A stretch of DNA of 46,727 nucleotides, taken from IMG/VR virus record IMGVR_UViG_3300049435_000037, one strand, 5' to 3'. The notes below the pieces were generated by a model that saw only the letters and a list, made by a program, of their open reading frames with translations, did no database searches and was not told where the DNA came from. Numbering within the stretch: the stretch's first letter is position 1; the number at the start of each line of letters is the position of its first letter. This document shows, piece after piece, positions 40,830-46,727 of the stretch. The DNA is from a virus. The position numbers and the translations under genes are program-made.

Positions 40830-41060
40830 ATGACAAGCACAGAGAACGAGCGGGAGCGCATCGCGACCGCGCTCGCCGTGGCCAACCTGTTCATGGGCGA
40901 TATGGGGTACGACGTTGCCCCCTCGCTCACGTGCTCAGAGGCAGACATGGTGGCCGAGTACATCGCGGCCAACGACGGTGACTCGGACGAATTCCTCAAG
41001 GCTCACGCCCAGTCTGACGACGAGGGCGACGATCACTTTGAGCTGAGGTCCGACTCATGA
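40830..41060 (+). CDS. Highly acidic small protein (76 aa)
   Basis: ATG 40830 follows AAGGAGAGGG. About a quarter of residues are Asp/Glu by my count, with few basic residues. Confidence 0.7.
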   Translation: MTSTENERERIATALAVANLFMGDMGYDVAPSLTCSEADMVAEYIAANDGDSDEFLKAHAQSDDEGDDHFELRSDS

Positions 41061-41308
41061 GCGAGCCCCGGAGCCTCAACGTGATCGCGCGAGAGATCAT
41101 CGCCGACTACCCCAAAGCAGGAGACGAGAGCCAGTACGCCGGTGCGTACGTCGTCCCCATGCTCGCGCTCAACAAGATCACCGACAGCTACTTCCTGGAC
41201 TCGGGCGCCTCTGTGGTCCGCTACGCACTGGCCAACCTGACGTCCTGGCGCGGTGAAAAGGCGCGCGCCATCAAGGCTGAGCTGCGGGAGATGCTGAAAG
41301 GCCACTGA
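41057..41308 (+). CDS. Hypothetical protein (83 aa)
   Basis: ATGA coupling. Good codon bias. Confidence 0.7.
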   Translation: MSEPRSLNVIAREIIADYPKAGDESQYAGAYVVPMLALNKITDSYFLDSGASVVRYALANLTSWRGEKARAIKAELREMLKGH

Positions 41309-41312
41309 GACC

Positions 41313-41350
41313 GGCGGGGGCGTTCCATTAGACCGGGTTGCGCCCCCGCC
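41313..41350 (+). terminator. Hairpin GGCGGGGGCG...CGCCCCCGCC (10-bp stem, 18-nt loop)
   Basis: Immediately after the stop at 41308. Confidence 0.4.
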
Positions 41351-41375
41351 ACCCACCATGACTTAGGAGAGGATC

Positions 41376-41984
41376 ATGGAGCTTTACCCGCTCGACTCCA
41401 CCACTGACGTACTGGTGCGCAACATCCTGAGTGTCTACTACCGGGCCACCACGGGGCAGTACGCCCGAGGCATGACCTGGTACGAGACCGCACATGATCT
41501 TGCACTGATGGTCGGCAAGGGAGACCCGATCATGGGCGCCGGTGTCATCGCCGCTCTGTCGGCGAACACCGGGTGGGGCCAGAACCGCAAAATGGCCGTC
41601 GACCTGAGCCGTGAAGGCTCAACCCGAGGCCTGCCCAACAGCATCGGCAAGGCGACCGCGATCCTCGCGGGCGGCGACCCGGCGGTGATCTTGGGCAAGG
41701 GGCTGAAGACGCAAGCCTTCTTCGACAACATCGCCCACCCGACCACCAGCCAGCAGGTCACGGTGGACCGGCACGCCCACGACGTGGCGGTCGGCAAGGT
41801 GTACGGCAAGGAGAATCGCGGCCTGTCCACACCCAAGCGGTACGAGTTGTTCGCCGACGCGTTCCGGGACGCTGCGCAGGACATTGGCGGCGGCATCCTG
41901 CCGAGTCAGGTCCAAGCCGTTACCTGGATCGCCTGGACCGAAGAGATCGCGGGCACCAGCACGCGCGGCCCGAGGAAGGATTGA
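41376..41984 (+). CDS. Hypothetical protein (202 aa)
   Basis: ATG 41376 follows AGGAGAGG. Good codon bias. Confidence 0.75.
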   Translation: MELYPLDSTTDVLVRNILSVYYRATTGQYARGMTWYETAHDLALMVGKGDPIMGAGVIAALSANTGWGQNRKMAVDLSREGSTRGLPNSIGKATAILAGGDPAVILGKGLKTQAFFDNIAHPTTSQQVTVDRHAHDVAVGKVYGKENRGLSTPKRYELFADAFRDAAQDIGGGILPSQVQAVTWIAWTEEIAGTSTRGPRKD

Positions 41985-41986
41985 TC

Positions 41987-42193
41987 ATGGCTGAGACGTA
42001 CGAGATCGTTCGGTACTACCGGGACTACCCCGGCGGTCATGAAATCTCACACACGGGTCTCACGCTGGAGCAAGCGCAAGCCCACTGCCACGACCCCGAG
42101 ACGTCGTCCACCACGGCCACCAGCGCGCAGGCGCAGGCGCGTACGACCGAGTACGGCCCGTGGTTCGACGGGTACCGGCTGGAGCGTCCGTGA
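41987..42193 (+). CDS. Hypothetical small protein (68 aa)
   Basis: ATG 41987 follows AGGAAGGA. Sequence YEIVRYYRDYPGG...GLTLEQAQAHCHDPETSS...WFDGY. Confidence 0.65.
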   Translation: MAETYEIVRYYRDYPGGHEISHTGLTLEQAQAHCHDPETSSTTATSAQAQARTTEYGPWFDGYRLERP

Positions 42194-42378
42194 CCCAAAT
42201 CCCTGGAGAGATCTACGTCCTGCAGTACGGGCCGGATGAAGATCACCTGATGTACTCGCAACCCATGTGGGAACACGAGCGCGCCGTCCAGCGCGCCGAC
42301 GCTCTGGCAGAGTTCCTGCCGTACGTCGAGATACGGACCTATCACCTTGACCTTCAAGCCAAGGTTGTAGGCCACTGA
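42190..42378 (+). CDS. Hypothetical protein (62 aa)
   Basis: GTG 42190 in GTGA overlap with the upstream stop. Confidence 0.55.
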   Translation: MTQIPGEIYVLQYGPDEDHLMYSQPMWEHERAVQRADALAEFLPYVEIRTYHLDLQAKVVGH

Positions 42379-42381
42379 GCG

Positions 42382-42420
42382 CCCGTAGGGAGGGGTTCTG
42401 GCCCACACCCTCCCTACGGG
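42382..42420 (+). terminator. Hairpin CCCGTAGGGAGGG-(13 nt)-CCCTCCCTACGGG
   Basis: Perfect 13-bp stem starting 4 nt after the stop at 42378. Confidence 0.55.
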
Positions 42421-42587
42421 TCCACCCGTACCGCCCCATGGGCGTACGCAGGCACTGAGCGCCGCTCCCTGGTGTTCCGACACTCTCCCCGCTCCTCTCC
42501 CACGTGCGGGGAGGTCTGTTGTGAAGAGTGCTTGCGTACGTCCTTGAGGCTGCACGGTGCAGTCGGTTTTCAGGAGAGGAAACCAAA

Positions 42588-42998
42588 ATGATCACCCAAG
42601 AGGAAGCCCTGGACCTGATCAACAACCACGTCACGTTCTCGCCCACGTTCAAGCTCTGGGCAGCGGTGTCGTTCGGGGATTTCATGCGACAGAACACGAT
42701 CACGCTTGGCGTCAACTACGACGCGTACGAGACTGACGTCCTCCCGGCTGTCACGAAGCCGGTCAAGATCGCACTGGACGCCATCTTCGTGATCGATCCC
42801 GCATGGGATCGCGAAGAGTTGCTGCGCGCGGTGCTCAACACCGCGCTGATCATCCAGGAGCACGAGGCCCGCGAAATGTTCAAGGTCGACGGCGTCGGGA
42901 TCTTCAACCCGCACCGTGACGACGGGATCGAGACGTGGGACCGCACAGAGAAGGTCCGCCAGACGGTGGACAGCTCGTCGGTGCCGCGCGAGTCGTAA
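42588..42998 (+). CDS. Hypothetical protein (136 aa)
   Basis: ATG 42588 follows CAGGAGAGGAAA. Good codon bias. Confidence 0.75.
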   Translation: MITQEEALDLINNHVTFSPTFKLWAAVSFGDFMRQNTITLGVNYDAYETDVLPAVTKPVKIALDAIFVIDPAWDREELLRAVLNTALIIQEHEAREMFKVDGVGIFNPHRDDGIETWDRTEKVRQTVDSSSVPRES

Positions 42999-43078
42999 TC
43001 CAAGTCCGGTGGGGAAAGGGCGACGACCCTAGGGCGTGCAGTCTGGTACCGAGGCGGTAAAGAGCCGCCCCACAGGAA

Positions 43079-43151
43079 GCCCCCGTAGCTCAACTGGCAG
43101 AGCGCCCCCTTCGTAAGGGGGAGGTTGCAGGTTCGACTCCTGCCGGGGGCC
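43079..43151 (+). tRNA. tRNA-Thr (anticodon CGT)
   Basis: Manual cloverleaf: acceptor GCCCCCG/CGGGGGC; D arm GCTC-AACTGGCA-GAGC; anticodon arm CCCCC-TTCGTAA-GGGGG; T arm GCAGG-TTCGACT-CCTGC. No encoded CCA. Confidence 0.85.
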
Positions 43152-43177
43152 CTAGATCAACCAAGGAGAGGGACGCA

Positions 43178-43678
43178 ATGAACCGATGGGCGGCCGGAGA
43201 GGTCCAGAAGGATGGGATCACGGTCCCGCTGACCGTGGACGACTACGGAGCGTGGACTGCCACGGTGGCCGGTACGACCCTGGTGGCCGATACCCGAGAC
43301 AAGCTGGTGACGAAGATCGGTCAGGTCACGAAGGGACTGACCGCCGAAGTGGCGGTGCCCTTCACCATCTTGGACCGAGGCAACCATGACGTCATGCCGA
43401 GCGTCCGCCACGGGGTCGCGACCGGGATCCACGCCGGAAACGGCAACATCCTGGCGACCATGGATTCACGACGCGGCGAGGTGCGCGAGCAGCTGCGTCG
43501 TGGCTTGCCGCTGCGCACCAGCTATAGCAAGCACCTCACCGACGACGAGTCGGCCGAGTACCAGCGTCTGGCCACCACCGCGCGTGACGCGTCGCTGGCT
43601 CTGAGCGCGTACATCCGCGACCACACCGTGGACCTGCGGGCGCTTATCGAGCAAGCGCTCAGGAAGGCTGCAGGCTAA
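43178..43678 (+). CDS. Hypothetical protein (166 aa)
   Basis: ATG 43178 follows AAGGAGAGGG. Confidence 0.75.
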   Translation: MNRWAAGEVQKDGITVPLTVDDYGAWTATVAGTTLVADTRDKLVTKIGQVTKGLTAEVAVPFTILDRGNHDVMPSVRHGVATGIHAGNGNILATMDSRRGEVREQLRRGLPLRTSYSKHLTDDESAEYQRLATTARDASLALSAYIRDHTVDLRALIEQALRKAAG

Positions 43679-43793
43679 CCTCAAGAGCTTCCAGTGTGGC
43701 GAGGAGGACACCCCCCAAGGGCCCCGCCACGGCCCCACCGGTCTGGTCCACCGGGGAAGAAACGGACCACCTACGTCAAACTCAGGAGATGTC

Positions 43794-44522
43794 GTGACGA
43801 AGCTCAACCAGATCGTTGCCGTGGTGGAAGGCGGCCTGAAGCAGAAGACTGCAACGCAGGCCACCAACCTGGCCAACAACCTGCACAAGAGGGACCTGTT
43901 CAACGGGTTCACGAAGTCCTTTGAGCCGCTCACCGAGGACGGCGAGACGTTCCCCCCGGAGCGTCAACTGGTCCAGCAGAACGTCCAGCAGGGCCTGGAC
44001 GCGCTGGGCAAGACCCTCGGCCGGCTGTATGACGCCGTCGCCACCCGCGACGTCGCCAACCAGGACGCAGCGGCGTCGGTCCAGGTGGACAACGCCGTGA
44101 TCTTGTTCGACCTGCCGGTCCCGACCCTGCTCTACCTCCGCAACCAGCTCGCAGAGCTGCGGCCCGTCCTGGCCAAGCTCCCGACCTTGGACCCGGCGGA
44201 GGAGTGGCACCTGGTCGACGGTGTCTACCGCACCGACCCGGTGCGCGTGGCGCGCCCCAGGAAGATCCCCACCGTGCTGGTCAAGTACCCGGCCACGAAG
44301 GAGCATGCTGCGCAGACCGAGGTCTACATGCGTGACGAGACCCTCGGCCACTGGGTGACCACGAAGCTCTCGACCGCGCTGCCGGTGCAGCGGAAGGTCG
44401 AGATCCTGGAGAGGCTGGACAAGCTGTCGGCCGGTATCCAGGTCGCCATCGAGAAGGCCAACGACATCGAGGTCGAGCAGCAGCATTTCGCCGAGGATCT
44501 GTTCGGCTACCTGCTCGGCTGA
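43794..44522 (+). CDS. Hypothetical protein (242 aa)
   Basis: GTG 43794 follows CAGGAGA. Long ORF with good codon bias. Confidence 0.75.
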   Translation: MTKLNQIVAVVEGGLKQKTATQATNLANNLHKRDLFNGFTKSFEPLTEDGETFPPERQLVQQNVQQGLDALGKTLGRLYDAVATRDVANQDAAASVQVDNAVILFDLPVPTLLYLRNQLAELRPVLAKLPTLDPAEEWHLVDGVYRTDPVRVARPRKIPTVLVKYPATKEHAAQTEVYMRDETLGHWVTTKLSTALPVQRKVEILERLDKLSAGIQVAIEKANDIEVEQQHFAEDLFGYLLG

Positions 44523-44680
44523 CCCACCAAGCTCCCGTCTGAGCGACGGGTGGCCCGCAAGGGCAAGACTAAAGATGATCTTGAAGCTGAGAGCCACGGG
44601 GAACGAAGTGCCCCGGGCGCCTAAGACTCAAGCTCTCGCTCTAGTCACAACCAAAACCAGCGCCACCACCGATCGAAGAG

Positions 44681-44763
44681 ACCGGTCAACGACGGGTAGA
44701 TGCTAGTTCGATTCTGGCCCGGGGAACTCGATCCCCGGTGGGTGTAATGGCAACACCGACCTG
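44681..44763 (+). other. Two complementary tRNA halves in permuted order (3' half, 5-nt linker, 5' half)
   Basis: 3' half: ACCGG-TCAACGA-CGGGT, AGAT, T arm GCTAG-TTCGATT-CTGGC, CCGGGGA, A. Linker: CTCGA. 5' half: TCCCCGG, TG, D arm GGTG-TAATGGCAA-CACC, G, ACCTG. The two acceptor strands and ACCTG/CGGGT are mutually complementary. I could not fold a canonical tRNA here. Confidence 0.45.
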
Positions 44764-44837
44764 CCTAAATCAAACCCCGGTCCCACCGTTTCGGAGTGGA
44801 TACACGCACAATTGAGACTTGAAATCTCTCTCACCCA

Positions 44838-44873
44838 GGGGGGTACCGACAGGTGAGTCGGTGCCCCCCGCCA
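44838..44873 (+). other. 13-bp minihelix ending in GCCA, abutting the 5' end of tRNA-Pro
   Basis: GGGGGGTACCGAC-AGGTGA-GTCGGTGCCCCCC (one T-G pair), then G-CCA. tRNA-Pro starts at the next base. Confidence 0.5.
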
Positions 44874-44947
44874 CGACAGGTAGCTCAGGTTGGTAGAGCA
44901 CCGGGCGCGGAGCCCGGAGGTCGGTGGTTCAACTCCACCCCTGTCGA
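44874..44947 (+). tRNA. tRNA-Pro (anticodon CGG) with a non-canonical G at position 33
   Basis: Acceptor CGACAGG/CCTGTCG (C1-G72, A73); D arm GCTC-AGGTTGGTA-GAGC; anticodon arm CCGGG-CGCGGAG-CCCGG; T arm GGTGG-TTCAACT-CCACC. Confidence 0.75.
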
Positions 44948-45041
44948 CTCCCTCCCGCGCCGCAGTGAGGACCCCGGGCGCGTGGGGTGCGAAGGGTCCG
45001 TCCCGACGCGGGAGGGGCACTACATCAGGAGAGGAAGCAAC

Positions 45042-45104
45042 GTGGACATCAGCGGACTCAACGACGCCGCAGTCGGCGGCGAGCAGGCCTCTGCGCAGTC
45101 GTGA
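45042..45104 (+). CDS. Possible 20-aa leader peptide
   Basis: GTG 45042 lies 7 nt after AGGAGAGGAAG. Stop in GTGA overlap with the next start. Sequence MDISGLNDAAVGGEQASAQS. Confidence 0.35.
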   Translation: MDISGLNDAAVGGEQASAQS

Positions 45105-45478
45105 AACCAACCCTCAATCAGCGCCTGCTGCGATCCATGCGGTACGGCATGTGGGTGCGCACGAAGGCTCCGCCCAAGCGGGCGGTCACCTGGATCCACG
45201 AGACCCGCGAGGATGGCACACAGCGCGTCCAGGGACGCCGATGGAGGGAGGTGATGGGGGTCGGTGACGACCACGAGCCCCAGACCTACTACGCGGCCGA
45301 TGTCGAACTCGCCCCCCCGAACGAGTCCATGGAGTACCCCCCGGGGGTGGACGAACAACTGTGCGGATACCTGCTCGGGCGCGAGCCGGACCGTTACTGC
45401 CCGCAACCCAGAGTTGCGGGCGCTGCCTTCTGCAGGAAGCACGAAGCGCAGTTCAACCAAGGAGAGGAACCCAAGTGA
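45101..45478 (+). CDS. Hypothetical protein with a C-terminal Cys cluster (125 aa)
   Basis: GTGA coupling at both ends. Sequence CGYLLGREPDRYCPQPRVAGAAFCRKHE. Confidence 0.6.
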   Translation: MKPTLNQRLLRSMRYGMWVRTKAPPKRAVTWIHETREDGTQRVQGRRWREVMGVGDDHEPQTYYAADVELAPPNESMEYPPGVDEQLCGYLLGREPDRYCPQPRVAGAAFCRKHEAQFNQGEEPK

Positions 45479-46332
45479 CCACACCCGAGAGCCAGTACAG
45501 GCTCCCCAGCGAGGAGGGTGTCTACGAAGTCACCCCCGAGATGGCGAGCGACTGGGTCACCACCCGCAACCACCCCCGCAACCGGCGGATCTCGCCCAAC
45601 GTGGTCGGCAAGTACCTCGGCGACATGATCGCCTCACCGAGCCGGTGGCGGGAAGCTTCCCCCGAGGGTCTGATCTTCGACACCGAAGGGAAGATCATCT
45701 CAGGGCAGCACCGGCTGCGGGCCCAGGCCAACAGCGGGAAGACCCTCAAGTGGTGGATCTTCCCCAACCAGCCCCGCTCCCTGTTCCAGGTCGTGGACCA
45801 GGGCTACAAGCGTCAGGCTGCGCACGTCATTGGTGGGGCCAACCCCACCGTCGTGGCCGCTGCCGCCCGGTACATCGCAGCGCTGGGCGACCGGACCCGG
45901 TTCGCCCTGCCCCGCTTCCCCCGGGTCACCACCCAGGAGGTCGTGGACACGCTCAGGACGTACCCGGAGCTTGACTGGTACAGCAAGGACGCGCACAACG
46001 TGCGTCTGGCCGCGCGGGTCCCCTCGGGACCGCACGACGCAGTGCTGGCCATGGCTGCCACCACCGCGCACCGGGACAAGATCCCGTCCTGGATCGATGG
46101 CCTGATCACCGGCATCGACCTGTCCACCGGCGACCCTCGGCGTCACTTGCGCAACCGGTTCATGTCCGGCCAGCGACTGAGCCGCGCCGTGGGTGGGCGT
46201 GACTACGTCTACGCCCTGATCGCCAAGTCCTGGAACGCACACGCAGCTGGGGAGGAGATCTTCAACCTCCGTCACGCTATGACCGAGCCTCTGCCGACCG
46301 TCGTCGGCTTCGAACTCAGGGACGGACAGTAA
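45475..46332 (+). CDS. ParB-like nuclease-domain protein (285 aa)
   Basis: GTG 45475 follows AAGGAGAGGAA. IISGQHRL matches the ParB/Srx DGQHR motif; RNRRISPNVV lies upstream of it. Confidence 0.75.
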   Translation: MTTPESQYRLPSEEGVYEVTPEMASDWVTTRNHPRNRRISPNVVGKYLGDMIASPSRWREASPEGLIFDTEGKIISGQHRLRAQANSGKTLKWWIFPNQPRSLFQVVDQGYKRQAAHVIGGANPTVVAAAARYIAALGDRTRFALPRFPRVTTQEVVDTLRTYPELDWYSKDAHNVRLAARVPSGPHDAVLAMAATTAHRDKIPSWIDGLITGIDLSTGDPRRHLRNRFMSGQRLSRAVGGRDYVYALIAKSWNAHAAGEEIFNLRHAMTEPLPTVVGFELRDGQ

Positions 46333-46601
46333 TGGCAGGCAACAGCAAGCCCAACCTCAGCCGCCAGCAGCGCATGAATCTGACCAAGAAGATGGAGAAG
46401 GCTGACGACGCCCGCCAGAAGGCTCACGACGACTACCTCGTAGCCATCTCGGAACTGATGGACCAAGGTCTCACCGGCCAGGATGTGGTCTACGTGCTCG
46501 GCAATATCACCGAGTCAACCGTCCACTCACGCCGGAGGCTGGGCCGTGCCATCAGAGACGAACGTAGTGGCAGCGATTCTGTCGAATCCGGAGAACAGTG
46601 A
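46332..46601 (+). CDS. Hypothetical protein (89 aa)
   Basis: TAATG coupling. Charged helical protein. Confidence 0.7.
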   Translation: MAGNSKPNLSRQQRMNLTKKMEKADDARQKAHDDYLVAISELMDQGLTGQDVVYVLGNITESTVHSRRRLGRAIRDERSGSDSVESGEQ

Positions 46602-46727
46602 TCTCAGCGCCGAAGAGGTAGCCGCACGCGTCATCGCAGCACTGGACGACAAGCGCGCCAAGACCCACAACCTCATCGTTGTGGGTCGCTTCGGTTTCGA
46701 GGATCAGGAGGTGTTCCAGGCGGCCGT
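46546..46727 (+). CDS. 5' part of the junction-spanning gene (continues at base 1 as 128-446 of the unit genome)
   Basis: In-frame GTG 46546 lies 7 nt after GGAGG; GTG 46567 is an alternative. The frame is identical to feature 1-446 through the 127-nt duplication. Confidence 0.45.
   Translation, partial: MPSETNVVAAILSNPENSDLSAEEVAARVIAALDDKRAKTHNLIVVGRFGFEDQEVFQAA
46601..46727. repeat. Second copy of the 127-nt terminal duplication
   Basis: Exact match to 1-127. Confidence 0.95.

Noticed and set aside
44702-44726. The tRNA 3' fragment (T arm plus acceptor) as an attP core for integration into a host tRNA gene.
   Set aside because: I recognised no tyrosine or serine integrase, excisionase or repressor anywhere in the genome. 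The fragment is better explained as part of the degenerate tRNA cluster.
44523-44873. A tmRNA, or a tRNA with a long intron, spanning 44609-44726 (GCCCCGG ... T arm ... CCGGGGA).
   Set aside because: There is no D-arm equivalent and no pseudoknot or tag-ORF layout ending in a hydrophobic tag plus stop. The 5' acceptor pairing needs a mismatch, and the length and structure fit neither model.
44703-45110. 135-aa minus-strand ORF, and the plus-strand ORFs 44853-45104 and 44890-45267.
   Set aside because: They overlap the tRNA-Pro gene and the tRNA-like structures. Only the last 63 nt of 44853-45104 (from GTG 45042, behind a strong SD) is kept, as a possible leader peptide.

Overview
The window is one complete high-G+C dsDNA phage genome of about 46.6 kb, written as a linearised circle. 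Bases 1-127 are identical to 46601-46727, so the unique length is 46,600 bp, and one gene runs across the junction. Codon bias (G/C at third positions), GGAGAGG-type Shine-Dalgarno sites, frequent ATGA/GTGA/TGATG stop-start coupling and a WhiB-like gene point to an actinobacterial (Streptomyces-like) host.

The genome has two divergent arms that start at a 78-bp gap (36117-36194) and converge on one strong hairpin terminator (10242-10283).

- Minus-strand arm (36116 down to 10329), virion and lysis genes: large terminase, a PGRP-type amidase, portal, small proteins, a 1650-aa virion protein, an NlpC/P60 protein and an SLT lytic transglycosylase that share a paralogous C-terminal module, scaffold, HK97-type major capsid, small head proteins, tail and fibre proteins, then a holin / PG-binding / small-membrane-protein lysis cassette. 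I recognised no tape measure, sheath or major tail tube, so a podovirus-like virion is my inference.
- Plus-strand arm (36195 to 46600, wrapping to 10150), early and replication genes: many small ORFs, tRNA-Thr(CGT), tRNA-Pro(CGG), a ParB-like nuclease-domain protein, a WhiB-HTH fusion, a Cas4-type exonuclease, an XRE HTH, a DnaB/RecA-fold ATPase, a Pnk-like P-loop kinase, a PD-(D/E)xK resolvase, and a DnaG primase split over two overlapping frames.

I found no DNA polymerase, integrase or obvious repressor.

The features I would look at again first are:
1. A region of about 1.45 kb (36504-37950) that is ORF-poor, visibly lower in G+C and densely packed with hairpins. It includes four CCGCAGCG-apex inverted repeats, a run of 3-nt-loop hairpins, palindromes and a GATC cluster.
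2. Identical 21-nt leaders and a strong local excess of TGATCA / GATCATG start contexts across the early block.
3. A chain of three long out-of-frame gene overlaps through kinase, resolvase and split primase.
4. A degenerate tRNA locus with two complementary tRNA halves in permuted order, plus a minihelix ending in GCCA exactly at the 5' end of tRNA-Pro.

All functional calls come from motifs I can read in the translations. No database search was run.
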